Part shown: piece by piece, positions 1 through 13,502 of the stretch
How the letters are laid out: each line of letters begins with the position of its first letter
Position numbering within the stretch: the first letter of the stretch is position 1
DNA from: Tubulanus polymorphus
Taxonomy: Eukaryota; Animalia; Nemertea
Length of the DNA stretch: 64,000 bases
Assembly: GCF_964204645.1 (NCBI RefSeq)
Contig: NC_134031.1
Location: 20,033,910-20,097,909 of the forward strand
Direction of reading: 5' to 3'
The notes under the pieces: generated by a model
Databases searched by the model: none
Seen by the model: only the letters and a program-made list of their open reading frames with translations
Told to the model about the DNA's origin: nothing
Position numbers and translations under genes: made by a program

Positions 1-2170
1 ATCCAAAATCTTGATGTAATAGAATAGGCAGAAAAAAGTTAACCTTGTAATATAGATATCCAAAATCTCGAAGTAATAAATTAGGTAGAAAAAAAATTAA
101 CCTTGTAATATAGATATCCAAAATCTCGATGTAATAAATTAGGTAGAAAAAAAATTAACCTTGTAATATAGATATCCAAAATCTCGATGTAATAGAATAG
201 GCAGAAAAAAAGTTAACCTTGTAATATAGATATCCAAAATCTCGATGTAATAAATTAGGTAGAAAAAAAGTTAACCTTGTAATATAGATATCCAAAATCT
301 CGATGTAATAAATTAGGTAGAAAAAAAATTAACCTTGTAATATAGATATCCAAAATCTCGATTTGTTAAAATAGGCAGAAAAAATTAAGCTTGTTATATA
401 GTATCCAAAATCTCGAAGTAATAAATTAGGTAGAAAAAAAGTTAACCTTGTAATATAGATATCCAAAATCTCGATGTAATAAATTAGGTAGAAAAAAAAT
501 TAACCTTGTAATATAGATATCCAAAATCTCGACGTATTCAAATAGGCACAAAAAAAGTTAACCTTGTAATATAGATATCCAAAATCTCGATGTAATAAAT
601 TAGGTAGAAAAAAAATTAACCTTGTAATATAGATATCCAAAATCTCGATGTAATAGATTAGGTAGAAAAAAAATTAACCTTGTAATACAGATATCCAAAA
701 TCTTGATGTAATAGAATAGGCAGAAAAAAAGTTAACCTTGTAATATAGATATCCAAAATCTCGATGTAATAAATTAGGTAGAAAAAAAATTAACCTTGTA
801 ATATAGATATCCAAAATCTAGATGTATTGAAATAGGCAGAAAAAAAATTTACCTTGTAATATAGATATCAAAGATCTCAATTTATTAAGATAGGGCAGAA
901 AAAAAAGTTAACCTTGTAATATAGATATCCAAAATCTCGATGTAATAAATTAGGTAGAAAAAAAATTAACCTTGTAATATAGATATCCAAAATCTCGATT
1001 TGTTAAAATAGGCAGAAAAAATTAAGCTTGTTATATAGTATCCAAAATCTCGATGTAATAAAATAGGCAGAAAAAAAGTTAACCTTGTAATATAGATATC
1101 CAAAATCTCGATTTGTTAAAATAGGCAGAAAAAATTAAGCTTGTTATATAGTATCCAAAATCTCGATGTAATAAAATAGGCAGAAAAAAAATTAACCTTG
1201 TAATATAGATATCCAAAATCCCGATGTAATAAATTAGGTAGAAAATAAATTAACCTTGTAATATAGATATCCAAAATTTCGATGTTATAGAATAGGCAGA
1301 AAAAAAGTTAACCTTGTAATATAGATATCCAAAATCTCGATGTAATAAATTAGGTAGTAAAGAAAGTTAACCTTGTAATATAGATATCCAAAATCTCGAT
1401 TTGTTAAAATAGGCAGACAAAATTAACCTTGTAATATAGATATGCAAAATCTAGATGTAATAAATTAGGTAGAAAAAAAAATTAACCTTGTAATATAGAT
1501 ATCCAAAATCTCGATGTAATGAATTAGGTAGAAAAAAAATTAACCTTGTAATATAGATATCCAAAATCTCGATGTAATAGAATAGGCAGAAAAAAAGTTA
1601 ACCTTGTAATATAGATATCCAAAATCTAGATGTAATAAATTAGGTAGAAAAAAAAATTAACCTTGTAATATAGATATCCAAAATCTCGATGTAATGAATT
1701 AGGTAGAAAAAAAATTAACCTTGTAATATAGATATCCAAAATCTCGATGTAATAAATGAGGTAGAAAAAAAATTAACCTTGTAATATAGATATCCAAAAT
1801 CTCGATTTGTTAAAATAGGCAGAAAAAATTAAGCTTGTTATATAGTATCCAAAATCTCGATGTAATAAATTAGGTAGAAAAAAAAGTTAACCTTGTAATA
1901 TAGATATCCAAAATCTCGATGTAATGAATTAGGTAGAAAAAAAAATTAACCTTGTAATATAGATATCCAAAATCTCGATGTAATAGAATAGGCAGAAAAA
2001 AAATTAACCTTGTAATATAGATATCCAAAATCTAGATCTTTAAAATAGGCATAAAAAAATTAACCTTGTAATATAGATATCCAAAATCTAGATGTATTAG
2101 AATAGCCGCAGAAAAAAAGTTAACCTTGTAATTTAGATATCCAAAATCTAGATGTTTTGAAATAGGCAGA
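1..2170. repeat. AT-rich satellite array, 58-59 bp unit, ~37 copies, runs off the left window edge
   Basis: Unit ATCCAAAATCTCGATGTAATAAATTAGGTAGAAAAAAAATTAACCTTGTAATATAGAT is repeated head-to-tail with recurring variants such as ...TTTGTTAAAATAGGCAG...AAGCTTGTTATATAGT. Confidence 0.97.
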
Positions 2171-4124
2171 GAGAAAGAACCGATACTGAACCCAGCAAAC
2201 TTGAAATGAAGGCTGATTTTTGATGGAAATTGTTATGAGAAATTCTAAATGAAATATTTGTCATTACAGGATATCTTCTTTAAATCATTGCAGCTATAAG
2301 ACAAAACCCAGCTTGAGATCAACTACTCTTCCAAAATCTACCAACTGGAACAGAGGCCAGAACTGAACCCAGCAATCTTTAAAGGTAACGATATACATGA
2401 TATACATGAAATTACCGCAATATAGAAATTTCAGGCCTCATATGAATATCATTTAATAAGTGACTATCACCAAAATCTATTTACTGGTCCACATGGGTGA
2501 TATTTTATCTTTAAACTTTTATCCTCACTAGTCTTAAACAATGATGAACTAGTCATCCATTGATGTCAATGAAGTTTACTGTGAAAAACACAGTGGCTTG
2601 TAATTTGAAATGACATGTAAATTATGATAAATCTCTCTGAAATGTTTTGCTTTCTTCACTTTGTTTCAGCCAAACTACATATCGGAAATAATGGTCTGAA
2701 GAAGACACTCACAAGTAGATGAATACTGATCGACCCATTTTTAGAAGTTGAGCCAGCAATGGATTAATCACTCAATGATGGATTCTTCTACAATCGGTGA
2801 TTTCTATAAAACATTTTATCAGGAGCAGCAGAGACAAAAGTGTATCTTATAAATAAACATTGATTCGAGCAGCAAAACTAATGGATTATTTCATAAACAC
2901 TGATTCAGGATAAAATTTGTTTTAAAAGCAGCAAAGACAATAGTGTATCTTATCAGGAGCAGCATAAACAATATTGCATCTTATAAACACTGAGATCCAG
3001 GAGCAGCGAAGAGGATGGACTTCTGTTGTAAGACAGTATTGATTTTTTTTTTACTTATCACCCTTTTTCAAACTAGTCTGATGGATAAGATATCGTTTTT
3101 GAGGAAACTATTTTATGATGTGTTATGCAATGTGAGAGTCTAATAAAAGCTAAGCTCCAGTAATTCACGGTATTGGTATTCGATCCTTGGTTGATAGATG
3201 AATCAATTTAGGTTAGTGACTAGGGGTAAATGGTCGCGTCGAGCGCCTAGTTTGGACTTGTTTGTTGAGTTAGTTTCAACATGATAATATCGTGAGTTTA
3301 ATCGTTATGCTTCTATAGTTAAACATAGTCAACTGTGGCTATTTGCCTGCATATCACATAGTAAGGAAACATAGAACATACAAATATTAAGTATTTGCTG
3401 AATTAAAGATGTACTAATTTAATGGCATTTATATTTTTCAAGGTCCATGTAACCAATTTGACAAATGAACTGTAGATGTCATTTTCACATTGACCTTTAA
3501 GCCTCCATCAATTTGTTTGATGATCATAGCTACGTATTTGAAAACAAAAGCTTCATCTAAATGGAGACTGTTATTTACATTTGAGAGGTAAAGCTAGAAA
3601 TAACGAGGCATACAGTTATAGCTAGGACTAATTTTGAACGTTTTAAACATTGTTTATAGCTGTTTGAAATTCTTTTATTGTAATAGGTAAAATCCATATC
3701 ACGAGATGGCTTTCGTGAATAATCACTTAGCTTCAAATCGGGTGTTCATGTATAATGATTAATAAGGAGTGGCAGTGAATCAGTAGCGCTTTCTTAAAAA
3801 TGGGCCCAGAACTTTACTGTGAAAAAATGCCTGCAGTTGTAAATAGAGGAGTATAAATAATACATAATACAAAATACAAGTACATAAATTAATAAATAAA
3901 TAAATAAATTTAAAAAAAAACCAATAGATAATAAAATAGTAAATAATAAAGAATACAAGTAAATGAATAAATAGATAATCTTAGAAATAGATAAAAACAA
4001 TAAACAAAATTGCAAACAAACAACAAATTTATATTCTATTCACATGAAAAGGCATTTTTTCAAATATTTATCAACAAGGTTCTTCATTTATCGAACAACC
4101 TTCCCTAAGCATGCTGAAAATCCA

Positions 4125-4271
4125 AGATCTTTTCTGTTGTTATTCAAAGCATTCTATCGGACTCAGTTATTGTAATGAACAAACAAATAACCATAACCCT
4201 AACTAAATCGAACACACTTAAAAAAATAACTGATATGATAGAATGCTTTGAATAACTGTGATGAAAGATCT
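4125..4271. mobile_element. Small inverted-repeat (MITE-like) element
   Basis: Arms AGATCTTTTCTGTTGTTATTCAAAGCATTCTATC... (4125-4171) and ...GATAGAATGCTTTGAATAACTGTGATGAAAGATCT (4225-4271) are reverse complements with a 20 bp perfect core. The spacer contains TAACCATAACCCTAAC. Confidence 0.7.
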
Positions 4272-5771
4272 ACCGTCCTATGAACTAGCCGCGCTCAATC
4301 ACTGCTGTGACCGTTGATCGTTATACTGGGGTAGACTTACTGTCTAAAATCTGGTACATACATTTTACTTTTTAGAAAGAATGTGAAACAGCTATAAACT
4401 TAAGTTATTGATGTTATTGATTAGTTACCAATTGTTTAGGCCTAATTATGTTGATGTTTTCGAAGCTGCAAGAAAAAACGTCAGAATACTTAAGTATTTA
4501 ATGTCAAGGTGTTTGGAAATCTTTAAGACAAGGCAAAGTTGGCAAAATTCTAGTTTTCTAGAGTAATGATTAGTTGATACTAAGAGTTCCAGAATGAATC
4601 TGTATGATCCATCTCTAGTTTTAATGCTTTTATGTTGGAGACTGTTATTGTAACACAGTTCGCATGTTTGGAAATTAGGAACTTGCATGATGATTAAGAT
4701 ATTATTGTTGTGTAAATTTTCATCATTCGTGTTGAAACTTATCAGTTGTTAAGTTTTATAGCACCAATTTCACTGTGGTGCTTTTCAGTGGTTCATAAAA
4801 TAGTGATTTAATTAAGGCCTTGTCGAGAATAGCAGGAGCATAGAAAATAAGGAGCAGTTTCTTGATAGGCTAACTTGAGGATAAAGTGCTTATTGGTCAA
4901 TTCTCCTAGCTTTGTTTTGTTTATCAGTTTAACGGCGTCTGTGTGGGGCCTGTAATTGAACAATATTTGTATACTGGATTTATCTTGTTGAATGCATATA
5001 AGAGATACCTCCAAATACTTTGCATTAGATGTAACATTTGAGAAAATAACCAATTTGATCATGTCTAAAAACCTCTTAAAGACAAGGCAAAGGTGGCAAA
5101 ACTCTAGTTATCTTGTAAAATAATGTTAATGAAAATCAAATCAAAGACTATTGAGTTAATCTAATCTTAAGCTTTCCAGTTTCAATTTGTGGTTTAAATG
5201 TTTTTATGTTGAAAAACAGGTCATGTTTTTGTAAATGACTGAGTCACTTCCTTGAGTACAGTACATAAATACCTGTCATTTAGGTATAATTGTTGTTGTG
5301 GGGATAAAACGTCATGTTCATGTCATGATTTATTATCGAATAAAGTTGAGCTTTTTTTGATAATTGAGATGTCCTCAATCTCGAAAAGTTGACATGATAG
5401 ATTCATATTTCATGAAATATAACAAAGTGTCGGTTATATTGACCTCATGAATTGTCAAATTCATAATCTTTCAGACAAGTCCAACTTTCGGTGTTTTATG
5501 GATCAAAGATTCTTTGTGATTTTTTGTTATTTTCCCATTGATGCAAATTGTATAAATCAGCTGTAGTGGAAATGTATCGTAGATAAAGACTTCTAAATAC
5601 TTTACGTGTAACTTTTGTTGTGATTTTAAAGTTAGCACAATTTCATATATAGTAATAGAAATGTAATTACTATTGAAATTTGTGAAAAATAAGCTAAAAT
5701 AATAACTTAATATGTGAAAATGAAATGATGTAAAAAATGTAAATCAGATTGATTACTTAATCCTACGCTTT

Positions 5772-5913
5772 CCAGAGAATTTGGCCAGGTTTATCTCTGG
5801 TTTTAGTGCGGGGGCCATGGACTATTGAGTCCATGGTTGGGCCATAGACTTTTTTTGTTTTAGAGTCTATGGTTGGACCATGGCCGTATAAACTCTCGTT
5901 TATAGTTTATACG
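5772..5913. repeat. Cluster of four consecutive short palindromes/hairpins
   Basis: CCAGAGA/TCTCTGG, CCATGGACT/AGTCCATGG, CCATAGACT/AGTCTATGG and CGTATAAACT/AGTTTATACG occur in tandem. Confidence 0.65.
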
Positions 5914-6492
5914 CTTGTGGTGGTTGGACTAGTTGTTTTTGAAAGTCCACGTGTTTGAGGAGCTTACATTATAATTCCTCGAGCACTCCTGGCATTTCGT
6001 ATAATTGTTGTATGAGAATAAATATGATTGATTTTGAAATTTGTTAAGTTTAATACAGCATTTCCTGGATAAGGGCCTAAATCGATTTAAGATAAATCGA
6101 TTTAAGTGTTCAACCTTTTTATGAAACTGGGCGGTGGGCATTACTGTTGTCCAATCAGTTTCACCCAGGGATCCCAATGGAGTTGTAGGTAGTGTAAAAA
6201 ATATCTGTTAATCCAGTGTCTGTTAATAAACAGTTTTTATACTACCTAAAACTCTGATACGAGCCCCTGTGTTTTATTCTTGCAATGTACTTCTTTTTTT
6301 CAACCCAATAAATAATCCCACCAACTGGTCCGCTGGCTTTATACGTTCGGAAGACATGATTATGCGATTACATGATTCAATGGCAAAACCAATACGACTT
6401 TGCACATTACACTGGGCCCGTTTACAGTTGTTGACGGAAAAAGTCGCACGATTCGAATTTTATACGAATGAAATAATCTATTAAAACGAAAC

Positions 6493-6537
6493 CAACCACA
6501 ACGTTTCGACTGTTGACTAACAGCCATCATCAGGTTG
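6493..6537 (-). ncRNA. Minimal type I hammerhead ribozyme motif (Penelope-like element type), probably degenerate
   Basis: The minus strand reads CAAC-CUGAUGA-U-GGCUGUU(AGUC)AACAGUC-GAAA-C(GUU)G-U-G-GUUG. It has the conserved cores, a 7 bp stem II and a 4 bp stem I. The cleavage triplet is GUG rather than NUH. Confidence 0.6.
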
Positions 6538-7420
6538 AATGACCAGAAAACAGAAGTTACGTAGCATATAAACTGACAGGACATAAACAAAAGCAATGTG
6601 TCAGAATAAATGTTAACAGAACAAGTGACAAATGAAAACAACCTGGGGTACCGGTACCGTAGAAACCACAAAATATGAACAGTTCAGGATTAATAAAAAT
6701 TATGTAATGGGGAAGAGTAAAAGAGGACGGAGAAAGCAGTGTGACACAGTCTCGTAGAGATCAAAATCTAGTAGAGATCGTGTTAATGATATCTCTAGAT
6801 AATAATTGATTATGTGGCCGGAGCTGGTAGATAAGTTGGATTACGAAAGTTTTACAAATAAGAGCTGATTCTATGTGTCATGGATGTCTACTCCACCCGG
6901 ACTTGGGGTCATTTAAAACTAGCCTGGGTTCAAAGGAAAGCGGCTCCAATGATGTGTGATGGATCCTTAGGTCTGGAGTCCTTGACAAGTTGAATGACAG
7001 GAAACAACAGCAGAGACAATAGAATCGGGATCCTAACGCTGACGGGGTAGGTCAGGCCCTTCAGAAAACTATCACACACTGGCCTATGATATATCTAAAG
7101 TGACTCCGGGACTGAAATGTGTAATTCGTAAAACGTAAGTCATAAATCTTGAGTCGTAACGTAATGAAGGAAATGTATTGGTAACTTGTAAAATGTAATT
7201 CGTAAACCGTAACTCGTAAATCGTTAGTGGTATGGCCCTTGAGGAAGTACCCGTGATATGGACTATGGAAATATTTATAAGTTACCCTGAATTTCAATTT
7301 TGCAAAATTGAGATAAAAGACCTTATCAACCATTAGAGAGTATTTGTATTCCTTCTGTGAAATACCAATTCTGATTCTATGTTCTAAGAATAAAGTTGTT
7401 GGCCGAATATAACTTATTTG

Positions 7421-7503
7421 TAGACTGGTCGCCTGTCCAATTCTGCGCCACCTGCATTGCAGTCAGTTAGTCTAACTGAAGGTAGAGACCGGCAACCAGT
7501 CTA
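7421..7503. mobile_element. 83 bp non-autonomous DNA transposon with 9 bp target-site duplication
   Basis: TIRs TAGACTGGTCGCC and GGCAACCAGTCTA are flanked on both sides by ACTTATTTG (7412-7420 and 7504-7512). Confidence 0.8.
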
Positions 7504-8696
7504 ACTTATTTGATTTGTCCTATCATCTTGACTTGCCACCGTTTCAGCTAAATTTGATGAAAGTATTTTCATTTCTCCAAAATATGACACAATCTTCTAT
7601 TTTACGATTGAAAACTTTTAGTTCGTTTGAATTTTCCAATCTTTTGACTAGCCACCGTTTCAGCTCAATCCGGTGAATGGGTTTTCATTTTCTATTGCCT
7701 CTAACCACTTGCCATCCAGCAGGGCAGGTTCTGGAAATTATGCCGGATGACGCATATCGGTTCAGTAGTTTCGAATCCCCGAATATCCATCCGTTTATTT
7801 AGCTCTTTCTGATTATTAAAGATACTTGCTTATTTTTTTATTTGCCACTAACTATAATGGTAGTGCAATTCAGTGTGGGTGACTTGTTTTTTGTTAAAGG
7901 ACGTTTCATTTTAGAAATTATGTCTGGAAGCTAGTGTATTGCGCAATAACCTCAGTCAGTGATGATGCAGCGCGTTGTTGATGATGATGCTGCGGTAGTG
8001 GATTTGTAGCGCAATAACAGCTCTGTTGGTAAGTGAGATTTTATTTCGTCAATTCTAAGCGACGATTCTAACATAAACCGAGCATATATATTAACATAAC
8101 CAGCTAATTACTAACCAAGTTTCAAACAAGATACTTTGGAGGAAGATGTTGGTTGCACTCTGCTCTGGTGGATTGTCCCATCCAATTTTCTAGTATGGAA
8201 GAGAGAGAACTGTTATTTGATTTATTGGATGCTGCTTTTGACTGAGCAGTGTCTGAATGTGAAATTAACATCAGTTTCACAATCATAGGTGACTTTTAAA
8301 AGAAGATAATCCCTGTAGGGCCTTATACTTTGAATGATCAATATTTTAGATAGGATGAAATGATGGCTGCTCATTGGTTTTACTTGGTTTTATTAGGAGC
8401 GTTTCATGTTTGTCATCCTTTACTCAACCGTTGCGATTTATACTTTCACTTGCAGCCACAAATACCACAATCATTTACTAATGACTTGACCATTGAGAAA
8501 TAGTCAAACTGTCTTTGTGTCAAATAACACAAGTGATGCGTGAATTTCTGATTTTATTTGATGCTTACAAGATTTTATAGATCGAGCTTCCATGAGCTCA
8601 TAAAAAATCAGACATCACTGAGAAGTTTATCGTATTATGTTCTCTACTGTCGGCTGTAAGATGGTCATATAGAAAAAAAGCTCTTATCAATGTAAG

Positions 8697-9090
8697 TATC
8701 TGATGTTGGGTTAGACCGGTGGAGTATTCCGCATGCAATCTGATCAATATGATGCCATTCTATCTGATGTTGGGTTAGACCGGCGGAGTATTCCGCATGG
8801 AATCTGATCAATATGATGCCATTCTATCTGATGTTGGGTTAGACCGGCGGAGTATTCCGCATGGAATCTGATCAATATGATGCCATTCTATCTGATGTTG
8901 GGTTAGACCGGCGGAGTATTCCGCATGGAATCTGATCAATATGATGCCATTCTATCAGATGTTGGGTTAGACCGGCGGAGTATTCCGCATGGAATCTGAT
9001 CAATATGATGCCATTCTATCTGATGTTGGGTTAGACCGGTGGAGTATTCCGCATGGAATCTGATCAATATGATGCCATTCTATCTGATGT
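8697..9090. repeat. 64 bp tandem minisatellite, 6 copies plus a partial
   Basis: TATCTGATGTTGGGTTAGACCGGCGGAGTATTCCGCATGGAATCTGATCAATATGATGCCATTC starts at 8697, 8761, 8825, 8889, 8953 and 9017, with a partial at 9081. Confidence 0.97.
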
Positions 9091-12000
9091 CTAATTTTTC
9101 ACTATTCACTGAATGCTGCTATGTGGCTGTGGTTGATAGCAGTATTACGATGAAATACTCACTCAGGTATTGGGCAGATATGTGGAACTAGTTCATCTGT
9201 AATTGAGTTCAGATTTTTTCACCCTTACCTAATTGCAACTGGCTCGCAACTCGGGTGGGTCCAAGGGGAGGGTGTTGGGGTCGCGCACCCCCTAGAATGT
9301 CCCTGAAATTTTAAGGATAAAATGGAAAATATTTAACTGGATACCTAAAAAGTTTAGATTAAGCTTTTTCTCTATATTACCAAAAATGAGGTAATGTTCT
9401 CTGATGAGTTTTCTTTTAATTATGATATAGGCCTACCCTATTTTGGAATGCACCCCTCCCTGAATCAGATCCTAGAATCCGTCCCTGCAACATGGTCATG
9501 TTGAAATTTCTTGGAAATAACTCGATGAAAATACTCCTCAGTCCAGGCATACACGCTTTAGCCTATTACACATGTACCTTAGAATACTTTGTGTCTGGCT
9601 TCATCTTTTCAAACAGATTTTTTCGAGGCAGTCTGTGTTTATTCTTGCTCAACGGAAAGATGTTATATTTTTATTGCTAAGAAAAATCTTTGAAATGTCA
9701 AAGTTTAAAAAGCAGCTGATACCGATACATACCAGTACCGGTACTACTAGAATAGTGAAAATTGTTTAACTTCTTCACAATAATACAAGCAGATCAAGTT
9801 AACAAGAATACCAATTTTCTATTCTATCAATCTTATACCACTGATTTTATTTTGATCAATGTGTTTTGAATAGGGTTTTGCTGAACTGTTCCTCTAGCAA
9901 AGAAGGGTCTTAGAAACCTTTATATAAAAGACCCTTTATAGACCCTATATTTAGCAGTGTTCTCCATATGCTATAAAGGGACTGCAATCATTGTTCAATG
10001 TATGATAGCATGGCTACTGAAATGGCAAGACTTTTCATACCCTCTTAATTTTAGTGTTAGCTTCTATTTTTCATATTTGCTCAATATATTTCAAAGCAAA
10101 ATGTAGAAACGGAAGGCGTGGCTGCCCCTCTAAAACCTGTTATGGTGAAAGATGAAATAATATTAAAGTACCGGTACCCGTTTTTGGTATAAGAAATGTC
10201 GGCTTTATCGGATTTTCATTGCTAAATCATCAATATTGTGGGTGTATGTACATACATAGCTACTGAGACGATGGCGAGTCTTTAAACTAATTGATTTAAC
10301 TTTCGATTTCCAAATTAATTCTCTTCAAATTGATTTAATTCGAATATCAAGTTTATTTAAGCTGGTGACATGAATCTGGGTCATTGTTCTTGTTGTTTTT
10401 GGGGCGAGAATCTAATTTGCAACGTTGTAACCGTGGACGACGGTCAATGATAGTAACCCGCAGTCGCCAAAGCGTAAGATCTTCATGAAAGTGAAAGTGA
10501 CACTTATCGCTTTTTTTTTAATCGCCCAATAAACAATCCGTGGATCCACAGTACGTAATAAGATGATTACCCTGGAACCGCTGTTAGCGATAAAAAAAGA
10601 TGATCCCTTTTGATCAATGCAAAGAAATGATGATCCCTGGATCTTAAGCTATAAACGCAGTGTAGGTTTGATCGTGTTATGCTGGTGCAGTTGTGACAGG
10701 TTTTCTTGATTTATTGAAAAAGCAGTGTTTTCAACAATAGCGACGACAGACAGACGGAACAGAAAGTGACTGGAATAACCTAGTCTCGAGAAACACCGTT
10801 CTAACTACAAACTGAGATTGTTTTTGTAATTCGTTGGTTTTCAGTCTGTTTTTCGTAGATTCTATCGAGGAATCTTCAGACGCTGTGGTATGTTTATAAT
10901 CTCCGATCGGACTGGAATAATTCAAACAGTTTCTAGTTCACTTTGATGGCTTTGTCGTCGTTATTCTGTACAGCGCAAGGCTTTATCTCGATAGTCGCAG
11001 CGGATTAAAACTCGCGATTTTCTGATCGCAGCCGGATTATCAATGGTATCAACGCAATAGTATAATCGGATTATTGTCCGTTTCAATACAGCAGTCTCTC
11101 CGGTGAAATCTCTTCTACTTTTTACAAAACTTGAAAAGGTAAACATCGATGATTCGAAAGATTAATAATAATTGGGTCTAATTGACCTCGGGTTGTAGTT
11201 TCCAATATCAACGTAATTTTCCAATAGGCTTCTTGATTTTGTTTTATGAAAAGATTCTATATATAACTCAGCAGCAACCGGTTATCCAGTTGCAAGTAAA
11301 GTTTGACTCAAAACAGTCTAAATCAGGTCAATTCTAGTGTAATACATGAGCCAAACATATGCCAAACTGGATCCTGAATTTTTTGTTTATTCCAAACTTG
11401 TCTTGTTCCTTCGCTTTTTCGTGAATCAAAAAGATTTTGATTTTGCTGACAATTTTTAAGGATATCTAATAATGTTTTGTCGAGGTAGATTTTCCCCGGA
11501 GGATAAAGGAGCGCAACGTCGAGACCTTTAACATTTTGGAAAGATTGTTTTGTTGCAAATTCTATGCTTTCTTCAATTTGTTTATCTAATTGTGCTATGC
11601 TAGGCGTAAATGTATGCTTACTCTAGGTCAATATGCGACATTCAAACTGACGATTTCGCATTGATTTTTTAGTGGGTGTATTCTTTATCTCGTTATTGAT
11701 TAAGCCTCAAACACCGTGGCAACTCCTTCAGCGGTTTCAATCGATTCCCACTTTCACAACCTTCACCTAATGAAAAACAAGAGGTTTCGTGAACGCATTC
11801 AATCCCGTGTTAAAATTTGCCTCGGCCCTGGTCTGTCGTTTATAGCCCGGGCCATACAAGCACAGGCTGATTTGGCAACGGTGTGAGCAGACACTTTCTA
11901 GATTCTAAGCCACATCTGAGTCGCGATATTTTTTTTTCCAGTCTGTAAAGGAGCAAAAATCGTTCACGGCCCTTAAAGGGTTAAGCGTGTACAAAAAGTC

Positions 12001-13307
12001 ATTATAATCTCGTCGCAAAATTTAATCACGCGTTTGTTCAAAGTGTTTTATATGAATTGCGTGTAACGTTGAATGAATATTTGATTGTATTCACTCGTAA
12101 TACTACAACGGGTTTTTTCAGAAGTCGTAAAAAACACCTCGCGTATGTCGTCGATTATAAAAACCCTGAAGTATTGAACAGAGAGAGCCGGATCTAAAAA
12201 CGAGCGCGAAATCATCGACAAATTTAATAGAATTTTCAATAGAATTTTCATCCGAAGTTTTGACATGACGTTCGTTGTCGTCGTCAAATGCGATTAGTTT
12301 CGATCTGTGAATGTCAAATAAAGAACATCATCTGGTGATTAAGTTAATGTTGAACCGACGGGAAGTTTTCATTTATGAATCTTGATTTTAATTAGAATAT
12401 CCTCTCGTTCAGAGAGGAATACAACACACCCCACATATACCGTCCACATTGGTAAGTTGTACGGATATTCTGTTGCCAGAAAAAACCTGGCCTTAGGCCG
12501 CAGTGGCGGTTTATGGGAGGGAGGGGTTGACTAGATAATAAGATAAAAACATTGCCGTATAAATCTAATTAAAAGATTAAAAACGAAATTCATCGATACT
12601 TGATATAGAAAATTGAAGACGATTCATCTAAGTACCTTCACCCTACCGCCCTATATACCTACCTCCCTAGCTAGCTACCTTCCACCTACCACTCTACTTA
12701 CCTCCCTCCCTACCTCCCTCCCTCCCTCCTGGAGACCATTGATGATCTTTTCAATTTGTATGAATGGGGTTTGTATCTATATAGTGTGTTTTTAATCTAA
12801 TGATCTGAGTTCTTTCAATGCAAAAATGAATCTGTTGGTTTCACTTGTAATTTAATTGAAACTGGCAGCGACGCACAAACCTCTAGAGACACTGTAGAGG
12901 ATGATAGGTGTATCGTGGTGAATCACGCAGTAGCAGCAGCAGCAGCAACGTTTAATCAAATTAAACGCTTAGTAACCCACGCCTGTTCGTAAGCTGTCTG
13001 TCAACAACAGTTTCAGTCTGAAACGATTATTGTCAACTTTGAACGATCCGGAAAATGGTCCATTAATCACTTGGAACTGAGAAAATAACAACTCCTCCTA
13101 AACTATTTGTCTCATCAAAAACCATGGACCTTCAAATTGACAAATAGTAAAATACACCAGATCCATTGTTAGTAATCTATGGTGAGATCCACCTGATCCA
13201 TGGTTAGTAATCCATAGTAATCCATTGATTGTAATCCACGGTAAGAAGATGTTACCAAAATATTGTGATATATGAATGACACAATTGTTCAGAGGTTTCT
13301 AGAGCTA

Positions 13308-13502
13308 TGATTGGTTTAGATTGATATAAACAAACTGGTCACATGGTACAATTACAACTATGAAGGTTACCTATTTGACTACCGTGGGATATGATTGGCC
13401 TAGAGGTGGTCAGCTGATATAAACAAACTGGTCACATGGTACAATTACAACTACGAAGGTTACCTATTTGACTACCATGTGATTGGTCTAAAGGTGGTCA
13501 GC
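13308..13502. repeat. ~92 bp tandem duplication
   Basis: TGATATAAACAAACTGGTCACATGGTACAATTACAACTA(T/C)GAAGGTTACCTATTTGACTACC occurs at ~13322 and ~13414. Confidence 0.9.

Noticed and set aside
8697-9090. 64 bp repeat with an internal hairpin, considered as a CRISPR array or C/D snoRNA cluster
   Set aside because: The units are contiguous and near-identical with no unique spacers, the context is eukaryotic, and there is no complete RUGAUGA box C.
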